Below, one piece after another: positions 9,884 to 19,531 of a DNA stretch of 64,000 bases. The DNA lies in NCBI RefSeq assembly GCF_020037015.1, contig NZ_JAIQDE010000007.1, forward strand, positions 51,886 to 115,885. The letters run 5' to 3'. The first letter of the stretch is position 1. Every line of letters starts with the position of its first letter. The notes beneath the pieces are model-generated. The model was not told the DNA's origin. It was given only the letters and a program-made list of their open reading frames with translations, and did no database searches. The DNA is from Corallococcus sp. AS-1-6 (GTDB lineage: Bacteria > Myxococcota > Myxococcia > Myxococcales > Myxococcaceae). Position numbers and translations under genes: made by a program.

Positions 9884-10534
9884 ATGCCTGTCCTACGTGG
9901 TGCCGTGACCTTTTCGCGCTTCCGGACCGAGCCGGCCAAGGATGCGCCGTCCGACGTCAAGCGCTGGATGACCAAGGGACTCAAGTCCCATGCGTTCGAG
10001 CCCATCGACCGCCGCTCCGAGGAGGAGCGCGCCGCGGGGTTTGTCGAGCTGGAGAACCCGGAGTCCTCCGAGTTCGCCACCGGCAACCTCTTCTATGGCG
10101 AGTACGCCCTCTTCGCCTTCCGCATCGACACGCTGAAGGTGCCCGCGTCGATGATGAAGTCGGAGCTGGACAAGTGGTCCGCCGCCTTCGCCAAGGAGAA
10201 CGGCCGGCCGCCCGCGCGCGCGGAGAAGAACAAGCAGCGCGCGGAGCTCAAGCAGCTCCTGCGTCAGCGCGCGGTGCCGCGCACCAGCACGCTGGACGTG
10301 ACGTGGAACCTGAAGACGCACACGGTGCAGGTCTGGGCCGCGTCGCGCAAGACGGTGGATGAGATCTGCGTGGCGCTGGAAGGCGCCCTGGCGGTGAAGG
10401 TGATTGGCATCACGCCCGCGTCCATGGCGCAGCGCGCGGGCATCGACGAGAAGGCCCTGGGCCCCACGGCGGAGCTCATTGGCATGGACCTGCCGGCGAC
10501 GGCTTCGGTGGAGGGCGCCCATGGCGAGGCGTGA
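9884..10534 (+). CDS. RdgC-like recombination-associated protein, N-terminal part
   Basis: Block similarity to E. coli RdgC: VTFSRFR ~ MVYRLSR, LKSHAFEP ~ LASMAFTP, and a lysine/glutamate-rich helix. Ends at TGA 10532-10534 and overlaps the next ORF in another frame. Confidence 0.4.
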   Translation: MPVLRGAVTFSRFRTEPAKDAPSDVKRWMTKGLKSHAFEPIDRRSEEERAAGFVELENPESSEFATGNLFYGEYALFAFRIDTLKVPASMMKSELDKWSAAFAKENGRPPARAEKNKQRAELKQLLRQRAVPRTSTLDVTWNLKTHTVQVWAASRKTVDEICVALEGALAVKVIGITPASMAQRAGIDEKALGPTAELIGMDLPATASVEGAHGEA

Positions 10535-11210
10535 GCAGGCGAGGGAAGAGGCGGCGTTCGCGCGGGGCGATGTCGGCGTGGACGGCGCCGCCACGGAAGA
10601 GGAGAAGGACGAAGCCGAAGTCGAAAAAGGCAAGGCGCGCGAACAGCTCCTGCGCGGCCGGGCCTACCTGGGCCGCGAGTTCATGACGTGGCTGTTGTGG
10701 CGCTCGGAGTCGGGCGACCCGCTGGTCGAGCACGACGGCGCGGGCGTCGTCGTCCTCTTCCTGGGCAAGGTGGTGCTGCGGGGCGTGGCGGGCGACGTCA
10801 CGGAGATGAGCGCCAAGGGAACGCTGGCGCCGTATTCGGAGAACGTGCGCCACTCGCTGGACCGGGGCCTGCTGGTATCGCAGGCGCGGCTGCGCCTGTC
10901 GCACGGCGAGCGCGAGTACGAAGTCACGCTGGATTCGGAGTTCCTGGACATCCGCGCCGCCAAGCTGCCCGCGCTCATGACGGAGGAAGAGGATGATCAG
11001 CTCTCCGAGCGTCTGGAGTTGACCGAGCAGCTCTCCGCCATCGTGGACGCGCTGGTGCAGGACTTCCTGGCCGTGCGCGCCGGCCGCGCCTGGAGCAAGC
11101 AGGTGGTGCCCGCGATGAAGGAATGGATGAAGGGCGAGGAGAAGGGGAGCGACCTGCTCTCCAAGGCCGCCCGAGCCCGGGGCCGTGACGCCCGCGCCGC
11201 CCGGGGCTGA
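10521..11210 (+). CDS. RdgC-like protein, C-terminal part (second frame); its 3' end carries the island attachment repeat
   Basis: ATG 10521 overlaps the previous stop. 'REFMTWLLWRSESGDP' ~ RdgC 'ELTLTEWVRSGSAAQG', and the C-terminal helix LELTEQLSAIVDALVQDFL ~ FILMTGELAALIQNLIEGL. The last ~25 codons are duplicated at 29608-29681. Confidence 0.4.
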   Translation: MARREQAREEAAFARGDVGVDGAATEEEKDEAEVEKGKAREQLLRGRAYLGREFMTWLLWRSESGDPLVEHDGAGVVVLFLGKVVLRGVAGDVTEMSAKGTLAPYSENVRHSLDRGLLVSQARLRLSHGEREYEVTLDSEFLDIRAAKLPALMTEEEDDQLSERLELTEQLSAIVDALVQDFLAVRAGRAWSKQVVPAMKEWMKGEEKGSDLLSKAARARGRDARAARG

Positions 11211-11213
11211 GCG
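11131..11213. repeat. left copy of imperfect direct repeat (putative attL) covering the 3' end and stop of the rdgC-like gene
   Basis: 'agggcgaggagaaggggagcgacctgctctccaaggccgcccgagcccggggccgtgacgcccg(cgcgccgcc)cggggctga' compared with 29608-29681. Identical except gag/cac (2 nt) and a 9-nt indel. Confidence 0.8.
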
Positions 11214-11226
11214 CCTCCTGTTTGTC

Positions 11227-11254
11227 CTGTGCTCCTTTCCCTGAAGGAGCACAG
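11227..11254 (+). terminator. stem-loop (9-bp perfect stem ctgtgctcc/ggagcacag) just downstream of the rdgC-like stop
   Basis: Inverted repeat read directly from the sequence. There is no clear U-tract, so the terminator function is inferred. Confidence 0.3.
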
Positions 11255-11467
11255 TGCGGCATTCGCGGTTCAACAGGGGGGCGCACACGACGCCCTCCGA
11301 CCCAGATTCAGCCGCGCAATACCCCTTCTCCGCTGATGACGCTTCTGGTCGGGCACACTCAGCGTGCGGCCTGCCATGGCTCGAATCCAGTCTTCTGCAT
11401 TTGACTGCTGGGCGGCCTTCATGGCGAGCGATAGCCTCCAGGGGCTCTTGAGGGGAGACTGGGACGC

Positions 11468-14400
11468 ATGGACGTTTTCGCGCTGCGGGACAGCGTCATC
11501 GGCGAGTACGAGCGGTTCGCCACATCATTCACCACGATTCGCGCCGCGGACCTGCGCACGAAGCTCAAGGCCTTCTATGCGGCAGGGACCTACTGGCCGG
11601 AGCCCCTGATCCAGCTGAACCCGCACTACCAGGAAGGCCGCACGCAGGCTGAACTGGTCAAGGGCGATGTCCTGCACCCGAAGTGCCCCGACCTGTTCCG
11701 CTCGACTGCGGGCCATCCTCTTCCGCTGCACAAGCACCAGGAACTCGCGGCGATCCTGGCCACGACGGGGGCGAGCTACGTCGTCACCACCGGCACAGGC
11801 TCAGGTAAATCCCTGTGCTTCTTCGTGCCCATCGTCAGCGCCGTGCTGAAGGAGCGTGACGCCGGGGCTCCTCGCAGAACACGCGCCATCATCATCTACC
11901 CGATGAACGCCCTGGCCAACTCGCAGCTCGAGGAACTTGAGAAGTATCTGGGCAAGTCCGGCGATGCGCCGGTCACCTACGCTCGCTATACCGGCACGGA
12001 AAAGCAGCAGGAGCGGGAAGCCATTGCGCGCAATCCACCCGATATCCTCCTGACGAACTTCATGATGCTTGAGCTGCTGATGACGCGGCAGGATCCCGTC
12101 GATCGGCAGGTGATGGCGAACTGCGAGGGGTTGCGCTTTCTCGTCCTCGATGAACTCCATACCTACCGTGGACGCCAGGGGGCGGATGTGGCGCTCCTCG
12201 TTCGACGCGTTCGGGAACGCCTCGCTCCGCAAGGGCTTCAGTGCATCGGTACGTCAGCCACGATGGCGAGCGCGGACTCCCTGCAGCAGGGCAGGAGTAC
12301 CAGCTCCGTCGTGAGCCGAGTCGCCTCACAGCTCTTCGGCGCGCAGGTGCCGGAGACGCACGTCATCACCGAGTGGCTGCGTCGCCAGACGACGGGCCCC
12401 CATCAGGTGGCAGCGCTGATGCCCTCACTCGCGAAGGCGCTCGAGCAGCCACTCGCGCGTGACGTGCGTGACTCGGTGTTGACCTCCCATCCGCTCTCCA
12501 TCTGGGTGGAGACCCGCCTTGGCATTACAGTCAACCCCGACGACCAGACATGGCGCCGCGCGAGGCCCCTCTCCGTCAGCGCCGCGGTCCAGCTCCTGGC
12601 CCAGGAGTCAGGCTGCCCGGAGAGCCTCTGTCGCGAGCGCCTGCGCCACTTCCTCCTCCTGAGCAGTCAGCCGGAGAAGGATCGTCGCGGCGACAAGACG
12701 GGGGCGACGAATCCCTTCTTCGCCTTCAAACTCCACCAGTTCATCTCAGGTGCCTCGAACGCATACGCGACCCTTGAGCCGCCTGGCGCCCGGGCAGTAA
12801 CGGTCGATGCGCAGAAGTTCCTCCCTGGGGCGGAGCAGAAGCGGCTCTATGCGGTCCATTTCTGCCGCCAGTGCGGCCATGAGTATCACCCGGTAAAGCT
12901 CAAGACGGACGGGCTGGCGCTCGAGTTCATCGACCGCTCCATCGATGATGCTCCTCCTGGCCGTGACGACGACGAGGAAGAGGAGACGTCCGCCGCCGAA
13001 AATGAAGAAGGAGAGCGGTTCGGATTCCTGACACGGGATGCGACGGAAGACCCCGAGTGGGACTTCAAGGGCAAGGATGAGACCTATCCAGAGTCGTGGC
13101 TGGATGGCAAGAACGCGCTCAAGGCTTCTCGTCGGCATCGGAGGCTTGAGCTCCATCGCGTCACGCCTACCGGCAAGACGGGATCCGAAGGGCAGCCCAT
13201 GTGGTTCCTCCCCGGCCGCTTCGGCTTCTGCGTCGTGTGCAAGGAGGTCCATGGGGGTACCTCGCGCGACCGCACGCGGCTGGCATCGCTGACAGCGGAA
13301 GGGCGCAGCTCCGCGACGACGGTGTTGACGTTGAGCTCCCTGCGATGGATGCACGGAGCTGGATCGGGCCTGGATGTATTTACCCGGAAGATGCTCGGCT
13401 TCTCTGATAACCGGCAGGACGCCGCGCTACAGGCAGGCCATTTCAACGACTTCCTCTTCGTCTGCATCTTGCGCGCGGGCTTTCTCGGTGCGCTCGCAGC
13501 CGCAGGCGAAAAGGGCCTCTCGAGCGCGGAACTCGGGGAGGCGCAGCAGCGCGCGCTGGGCTTCCATCGCCTCGACGACAGAGGGTTGCGCGGCGAATGG
13601 ATGAAGGATCCTGAAGCGAAGCCTTTCGCCCGGCTGTCGGCGGAGAAGTCCCTGCGCGAGGTCCTCGCCTACCGTGTGTGGTTCGACCAACGGCGCGGCT
13701 GGCGGTACACCAATCCCAACCTCGAGCAGCTCCGCCTGGTTGAAGTCGAATACGAGCACCTGGATGAGATCGTCTCGGACGAGTCTGCCTTCGCCCATGC
13801 GCCGGCCTTGCTCCGCGAGGCCACGCCCGACGTGCGCCGAGGCGTCTACCGTGTGCTGTTTGATCACATGCGTCAGTGGATGGCCGTCGAATCGTCGGTG
13901 CTGAACGCCACCTCGGTGGAGCAGCTTCGGGCCAATGCATTCTCCCAGCTCCGGACTCCCTGGGCCTTCGGGAGCGACGAGAAGACGCGGCCCTCCCGCT
14001 GGCTGATGGTGTCCGCACCATCCCGCAAAGGGCTGACCATGCGCGACGAGGACCTCGTCGTACGTGGTGGCAGCCGCAGCGCGTTGGGAAAGGCGCTCCG
14101 GTCGAGCCGGCATTGGGGGGGAGATGCGCGTGCCCGCACGCAGAGCGCCGCCGACCTGGAGCAGATCATCCAGGTACTGCTCGTCGCCGCCCGTGGCCTG
14201 GTCATTGAAGAGCCTACGCCCTTCGATGGGCACATGGGTTGGCGGCTGAAGGACGCCCACGTGCGTTTCAAGCTGGGCAGCGGGGAGGACCCGGAACGGC
14301 CTGATCGGATCAACCGCTTTTTCCGCGACCTCTACCGGTCCCTGGCGAAGCTGCTCGCATCCCCCTCGCACCCGCTGTTCGGGTTCGAAGCGCGCGAACA

Positions 14401-16726
14401 CACCGCCCAGGTCGAGGACGCCCGCCGGATCATCCGGGAGAAACGCTTTCGTTACGGTGACAAGGAGCGGCAGGAGCTTGCCGCCGACGCCGTGACGCTT
14501 GCCCAGCTCGACGAACCGAAGGAATTCCTTCCCGTCCTCTTCTGCAGCCCGACGATGGAGCTGGGGGTCGACATCTCGCAGTTGAACACCGTCTATCTGC
14601 GCAACGTGCCGCCGACGCCTGCCAATTACGCCCAGCGCAGCGGTCGCGCCGGGCGCAGCGGGCAGGCGGCCCTGGTGCTCACCTACTGTGCGGCCCAGAG
14701 CCCACATGACCAGTACTTCTTCCGGGACCCGCCGGGCATGGTGCATGGCGTCGTGCGGCCCCCGATGCTGGAGCTGGCGAACCAGGACCTTGTCGAAAGC
14801 CACCTGCACGCCATCTGGCTCGCCAACACGGCGCGTCCGCTTGATGACTCCATTGCGAAGCTCGTGAGGCTCGAACAGCGCCCGGAGTGGCCGCTCCAGG
14901 CCGACCTGACCCAGGCCCTCTCCGCGCCCGAAGTGACGGCGCGAAGCGCGGAGGCCATGACGCGCTTCTTGTCCATGCTGGAGGACGAACTCACCCCCGA
15001 AGCCGCGCCCTGGTTCGACGGTATCGAAGCGCTGGCCCGGCGCACGGCGTCGAACGCGTTCAAGCGCTTCGACGAGGCCTTCCGCCGCTGGAGGGGCCTC
15101 TACGAGGCGGCACACCTCCAGAAAGAGGAGTCACGCCGCGTCATTGATGCGCATACCAGCCGGGCGACAGAGAGGCGGGCCGCCGAACGAAGACACGGCG
15201 AGGCCGTCAACCAGCTCAACCTGTTGGATCAGGGGACGGACTCCGGACGCAGCGACTTCTACACGTACCGCTACCTCGCGACGGAGGGTTTCCTTCCCGG
15301 GTACAACTTCCCGCGATTGCCGCTCATGGCGTACGTGCCGGCGACCGAAGATGGGCGGGGCCGGCAGACCTATCTCCAGAGACCGCGCTTCCTGGCGCTG
15401 TCGGAGTTCGGTCCCCGCAGCCTCATCTACCACGAGGGGCGTGCCTATCGTGTCGTGCGGGCGCTGCTCTCGCTCTCCCATCCGACGGGTGGTGCGGACG
15501 CCAGGTTGCCCACGCTGTCGGTAAGGCTCTGCCGCGGCTGTGGGGCAGGGCACTTCTCCGTGGACCCATCGGTCTGCCATGCGTGCCGTCAGCCGTTGGG
15601 GGACGCCCTTCACGTGCGCGAGGTCTTCCGTATCGACAATGTCGGTACGAAGCGCGCTGAACGCATCACCGCCAATGACGAGGAGCGGCAGCGGCAAGGG
15701 TTCGATTTGCAGACCACCTTCGCCTGGGCCGACCGTGAGGGGCGCCCGGACGTGCGCGAGGGCGTGGCCAGGCATGCGTCCGGCGGGTTGCTGTGGCTGA
15801 CGTACGGCCCCAGCGCCACCATCACCCGGTTGAACCTCGGGCTGCGCCGGCGTGCTCGGCGCAGCGAGCACGGCTTCACCATCGATCCCGTGAGCGGTGA
15901 TTGGGAGAAGGGGGGGGACGAAGAGAAGGATGGAAACGACGTCGGCAACCCCCGCCAGCGCATCGTGCCAATGGTGCAGGACCGGAAGAACGCGCTGCTC
16001 GTGCGGCCCGCCGCCGCGCTGGACGAGCGGTCGATGGCGACGCTCCAGTACGCGCTCCTCCGTGGCTTGCAGGCGCACTTCCAACTTGAGGAGGCGGAGG
16101 TGCTCGGCGAGCCCATGCCAAACCGTGACGACCGGCGCGGCATCTTCTTCTACGAGGCGACCGAGGGCGGGGCAGGCGTGCTGACGCAGGTGCTCGCCCA
16201 GCCCGAGGCGCTCGCAGTGGTGGCCCGGCGAGCGCTGGAGGTCATGCACTTCGACCTTGAGCAGGGGGTTCCGGCGGCGGCGGCGGAGCTGAAGGACAAG
16301 GCGGGCACGCACTGCGTCGCGGCCTGCTATCGCTGTCTCATGTCCTATTACAACCAGCCGGACCATGAGCAGATCGACCGCCGTGACGTTCCCGTCCGAG
16401 AGCTGCTCCTGCGTCTGGCCCGTGGCGTGACCGAGCTTCGCGAGCCGATTCCGGTCACGCCCGCCGAACTCCTCGGCGGGGGCCCCCGCGTGCGGTTCCT
16501 GCATCGCCTCGACAGGAAGGGGCTGCCGCGGCCCGAGGCCACGGACTGGGAGGGCGCCGATTTCGTATGGAAACAGGATCGGGTCGTCGTGTGTCTTGGA
16601 GCACCAGCACCCTCCTTGTTGGAGCGCTTTGATGCCCTGTCATTGACGTCCCTGGTCTTCGGCGATGAGGAGCAAGAGTGGGCGGGGCGCTTCGTCGAGC
16701 TGTCGAAGGCACTGGGCAAGGGCTGA
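11468..16726 (+). CDS. SF2 DEXH-box helicase fused to a C-terminal Cys4 zinc-finger domain resembling DUF1998/MrfA (DISARM DrmA+DrmB-like / Druantia DruE-like)
   Basis: Walker A 'TTGTGSGKSLCF', motif Ia 'YPMNALANSQ', motif II 'LVLDELHTYRG', motif VI 'QRSGRAGRSGQ'. C-terminal cysteine cluster 'CRGCG...CHACRQ' and 'CVAACYRCLMSYYNQPDHEQ', typical of DUF1998. Confidence 0.8.
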   Translation: MDVFALRDSVIGEYERFATSFTTIRAADLRTKLKAFYAAGTYWPEPLIQLNPHYQEGRTQAELVKGDVLHPKCPDLFRSTAGHPLPLHKHQELAAILATTGASYVVTTGTGSGKSLCFFVPIVSAVLKERDAGAPRRTRAIIIYPMNALANSQLEELEKYLGKSGDAPVTYARYTGTEKQQEREAIARNPPDILLTNFMMLELLMTRQDPVDRQVMANCEGLRFLVLDELHTYRGRQGADVALLVRRVRERLAPQGLQCIGTSATMASADSLQQGRSTSSVVSRVASQLFGAQVPETHVITEWLRRQTTGPHQVAALMPSLAKALEQPLARDVRDSVLTSHPLSIWVETRLGITVNPDDQTWRRARPLSVSAAVQLLAQESGCPESLCRERLRHFLLLSSQPEKDRRGDKTGATNPFFAFKLHQFISGASNAYATLEPPGARAVTVDAQKFLPGAEQKRLYAVHFCRQCGHEYHPVKLKTDGLALEFIDRSIDDAPPGRDDDEEEETSAAENEEGERFGFLTRDATEDPEWDFKGKDETYPESWLDGKNALKASRRHRRLELHRVTPTGKTGSEGQPMWFLPGRFGFCVVCKEVHGGTSRDRTRLASLTAEGRSSATTVLTLSSLRWMHGAGSGLDVFTRKMLGFSDNRQDAALQAGHFNDFLFVCILRAGFLGALAAAGEKGLSSAELGEAQQRALGFHRLDDRGLRGEWMKDPEAKPFARLSAEKSLREVLAYRVWFDQRRGWRYTNPNLEQLRLVEVEYEHLDEIVSDESAFAHAPALLREATPDVRRGVYRVLFDHMRQWMAVESSVLNATSVEQLRANAFSQLRTPWAFGSDEKTRPSRWLMVSAPSRKGLTMRDEDLVVRGGSRSALGKALRSSRHWGGDARARTQSAADLEQIIQVLLVAARGLVIEEPTPFDGHMGWRLKDAHVRFKLGSGEDPERPDRINRFFRDLYRSLAKLLASPSHPLFGFEAREHTAQVEDARRIIREKRFRYGDKERQELAADAVTLAQLDEPKEFLPVLFCSPTMELGVDISQLNTVYLRNVPPTPANYAQRSGRAGRSGQAALVLTYCAAQSPHDQYFFRDPPGMVHGVVRPPMLELANQDLVESHLHAIWLANTARPLDDSIAKLVRLEQRPEWPLQADLTQALSAPEVTARSAEAMTRFLSMLEDELTPEAAPWFDGIEALARRTASNAFKRFDEAFRRWRGLYEAAHLQKEESRRVIDAHTSRATERRAAERRHGEAVNQLNLLDQGTDSGRSDFYTYRYLATEGFLPGYNFPRLPLMAYVPATEDGRGRQTYLQRPRFLALSEFGPRSLIYHEGRAYRVVRALLSLSHPTGGADARLPTLSVRLCRGCGAGHFSVDPSVCHACRQPLGDALHVREVFRIDNVGTKRAERITANDEERQRQGFDLQTTFAWADREGRPDVREGVARHASGGLLWLTYGPSATITRLNLGLRRRARRSEHGFTIDPVSGDWEKGGDEEKDGNDVGNPRQRIVPMVQDRKNALLVRPAAALDERSMATLQYALLRGLQAHFQLEEAEVLGEPMPNRDDRRGIFFYEATEGGAGVLTQVLAQPEALAVVARRALEVMHFDLEQGVPAAAAELKDKAGTHCVAACYRCLMSYYNQPDHEQIDRRDVPVRELLLRLARGVTELREPIPVTPAELLGGGPRVRFLHRLDRKGLPRPEATDWEGADFVWKQDRVVVCLGAPAPSLLERFDALSLTSLVFGDEEQEWAGRFVELSKALGKG

Positions 16727-16747
16727 CCGGCGGGGTACCACCACACC

Positions 16748-19531
16748 ATGAACACCATCACCTGGAGCCCGGGGAGCCTCGTACGGGCTCGTGGCCGGGA
16801 GTGGATCGTCCTCAACGGCGGCAGTGCGGAGACCCTCCGGGTCCGGCCGGTGGCTGGCAGCGAGGACGACGCCATCCTCATTCACCTCCCGCTGGAGGCG
16901 GAGCCGGTGTCGGACGCCGCCTTCCCCCCGCCGACGCTGGCCCAGCGCGCGAGCCAGGATGGGGCGCAGTTGCTGCGTGACGCGCTCACGCTCTCGATGC
17001 GACGGGGCGCGGGTCCCTTCCGCGGCTTCGGGCAGATCTCCATCCAGCCCCGCGCCTACCAGCTCGTGCCGCTGATGATGGCCTTGCGGCAGGAGACGGT
17101 GCGCCTGCTGGTGGCTGACGACGTTGGTGTTGGCAAGACCATCGAGGCGGCGCTCATCGTCCGCGAACTGCTGGACCGCGGCGACGTGGACCGGTTCAGC
17201 GTGCTGTGTCCGCCACACCTCGTGGAGCAGTGGGTGCATGAGCTGGACGTGGGCTTCCACCTGCGTGCGGTCGCCGTCACGGCGGCCAATGCGTCGCGCC
17301 TGGAAAAGGCAATCCCCCAGACGACGAGCCTCTTCGAGGTACATCCCTTCACCGTCGTCAGCCTCGACTACATCAAGAGCCAGAACCGCCGGGACGAGTT
17401 CCTCCGCAGTTGCCCCGGCTTCGTCATCGTGGACGAGGCGCACACCTGCGCGGCGACGGGTCAGGGACGGCATCAGCGCTATGAGCTTCTGCGCGCCCTC
17501 TCGCAGCGCGCGGACCGTCACCTCGTGCTGTTGACGGCCACGCCCCACAGCGGTGACGAGGCGGGCTTCTACCGGCTGCTCGGCTTGCTCGACCCTGCGT
17601 TCCAACGGCTGGAAGTGGTGCAGGGGGACGAGCGCAACGCATTGCGCGAGCGCCTGGCCCGGCACTTCGTGCAGCGGCGACGCCCGGATCTCGACGAGTG
17701 GCGAGAGGGAGAACTCTTCCCGGACCGGCAGACCCGGGAGCTGACGTACACCCTCTCTGGCGCCTGGGAGCGCTTCTTCGACGCGGTGCTCGACTACTGC
17801 GCCACCGTCATCGAGTCGGCCAGCGGGGATGCCCGGCGCCAGCGCCTGAATTTCTGGGGCACGCTGGCCCTCATGCGCTGCGTGGCGTCGAGCCCACGGG
17901 CCGCGGTGCAGGCCCTGCGGACCCACGCGACGCCAGGAGAAGAGGCTGAAGCGGAGCTGGAGGAGCGGCTCTTCGACGGAGGCGACGACGCCCTCCCGGA
18001 GGATGATCTTGAGCCCCCGGCGGCGACTGGAGACGCGGACCTCCAGAAGCTCATCGCCCAGGCCGAGGAGCTCAGCGGGCAGTCGGGAGATCCGAAGCTC
18101 AAGACCCTCGTGGGGCATGTGAAGGAGCTGCTCGGGGAGGACTTCGCGCCCGTCGTCTTCTGCCGCTACATCGCCACGGCGCATTACCTGGGCGCCCACC
18201 TCGCGAAGCAGTTCCCGGACGTGATGATCAAGGTGGTGACGGGCGAGCTGACGCAGGACGAGCGCAGGGAGGCCGTGGCGGCGCTGCGGGCTGAGGAAGG
18301 CAAGGTCCTCCTCATCGCGACCGATTGCCTCTCCGAGGGCGTCAACCTGCAGGAGTCCTTCAACGCGGTCATCCACTACGACCTCTCGTGGAATCCGATG
18401 CGGCATGAGCAGCGGGAAGGCCGCGTGGACCGCTACCTCCAGAGCCGGCCAGTCGTCCGGGCGACGCTCCTCTACGGTCAGAACAACCCCGTCGATGGCG
18501 CGGTGCTCGAGGTCATCCTGCGAAAGGCAGAGCGGATCCGCCGGGAACTCGGGGTGCCGGTGCCGCTCCCCGACGAGGGCCACTCGTTGACGCAGACGCT
18601 GATGCGCGCGGTGCTGCTGAAGCATCGGAAGCCTGGCAGACAGGCGATGCTCGACTTCGGGGGAGACGCGGCGGCCACCATCGAGGCCACGTGGCAGAGC
18701 GCGGCCGAACGGGCCCAGAAGAACCGCACCGTCTTCGCGCAGAAGCGCCTGCGGCCCGGCGACGTCCTGCCCGAGTACGAGCGCGTGCGTCAGGCCATCG
18801 GCGGGCGGGAGGACGTCGAGCGCTTCGTCTCACGGGCCATGGCCCGGCTTGGCGCCGCGCCGGAGCGCCTCAAGCGCGGCGTGCGTCTACAGCTCGCCGC
18901 GCTTCCGGCCGAGGTTCGCGAGCGGCTGGAGAATGAAGGGCTGGCAGGCTCGCTGCTGGTGGATTTCGAGCCTCCCGGTGGCGAGCACCGCCGACTTGTT
19001 CAGCGGGCCCATCCCCTCGTGGCGGTGCTGGCCGAGACCTTGCTCGAGCGGACCCTGACCTCCGCCGGAGACGGCACCTCGACCGACCCTTCCGTCCTGG
19101 GCCGCCTCGGGTGCTGGGAGTCCTCCGGCGTCACGGAGCGCACGACGGTGGTGCTCCTGCATCCGCGTCACCAGCTCACCACGGTGAAGGGCTCGCGGAC
19201 CCACACGCTGCTGGTCGAGGAGTCGACGGCCGTCTCATGGGGCGCGAGCGGCCCGCCTCGTGAAGGGGCGGAGGCGTTGGCGCTCCTTGCGCTCCCTCCC
19301 GCAGGGGATCCCCCTGCGCACGTGCGTGACCGCGAGCTCACCCGGGCGCTCGCGTTGGTGGAGTCGTCGCGAGAGCAGCTCGCCGCCGTGGCGGAGGGCC
19401 GGGCCCAGGCCCTGCTCGCGGACCACCGGCGCGTCCGGGAGGCGGCAGGCGACCGGGGAAGCTACTCGGTCAAGGCGCTGCTCCCGGTGGATGTCATCGG
19501 TGTCTTCGTGCTGCTCCCGGAGGTGAAGTGA
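16748..19531 (+). CDS. SNF2-family helicase (DISARM DrmD-like)
   Basis: '[19 protein letters not shown]' (motif I), '[12 protein letters not shown]' (DEAH), '[11 protein letters not shown]' (motif III), and the helicase-C region '[14 protein letters not shown] ... [11 protein letters not shown]'. Starts 22 nt after the helicase stop. Confidence 0.85.
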   Translation: MNTITWSPGSLVRARGREWIVLNGGSAETLRVRPVAGSEDDAILIHLPLEAEPVSDAAFPPPTLAQRASQDGAQLLRDALTLSMRRGAGPFRGFGQISIQPRAYQLVPLMMALRQETVRLLVADDVGVGKTIEAALIVRELLDRGDVDRFSVLCPPHLVEQWVHELDVGFHLRAVAVTAANASRLEKAIPQTTSLFEVHPFTVVSLDYIKSQNRRDEFLRSCPGFVIVDEAHTCAATGQGRHQRYELLRALSQRADRHLVLLTATPHSGDEAGFYRLLGLLDPAFQRLEVVQGDERNALRERLARHFVQRRRPDLDEWREGELFPDRQTRELTYTLSGAWERFFDAVLDYCATVIESASGDARRQRLNFWGTLALMRCVASSPRAAVQALRTHATPGEEAEAELEERLFDGGDDALPEDDLEPPAATGDADLQKLIAQAEELSGQSGDPKLKTLVGHVKELLGEDFAPVVFCRYIATAHYLGAHLAKQFPDVMIKVVTGELTQDERREAVAALRAEEGKVLLIATDCLSEGVNLQESFNAVIHYDLSWNPMRHEQREGRVDRYLQSRPVVRATLLYGQNNPVDGAVLEVILRKAERIRRELGVPVPLPDEGHSLTQTLMRAVLLKHRKPGRQAMLDFGGDAAATIEATWQSAAERAQKNRTVFAQKRLRPGDVLPEYERVRQAIGGREDVERFVSRAMARLGAAPERLKRGVRLQLAALPAEVRERLENEGLAGSLLVDFEPPGGEHRRLVQRAHPLVAVLAETLLERTLTSAGDGTSTDPSVLGRLGCWESSGVTERTTVVLLHPRHQLTTVKGSRTHTLLVEESTAVSWGASGPPREGAEALALLALPPAGDPPAHVRDRELTRALALVESSREQLAAVAEGRAQALLADHRRVREAAGDRGSYSVKALLPVDVIGVFVLLPEVK

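Noticed and set aside
13427-15115. 562-aa ORF (-), and 15131..16504 (-), 16640..18625 (-), 20218..21132 (-), 21081..22079 (-)
   Set aside because: All antisense to the helicase, SNF2 or methyltransferase genes, which carry unambiguous motifs. Spurious shadow ORFs.
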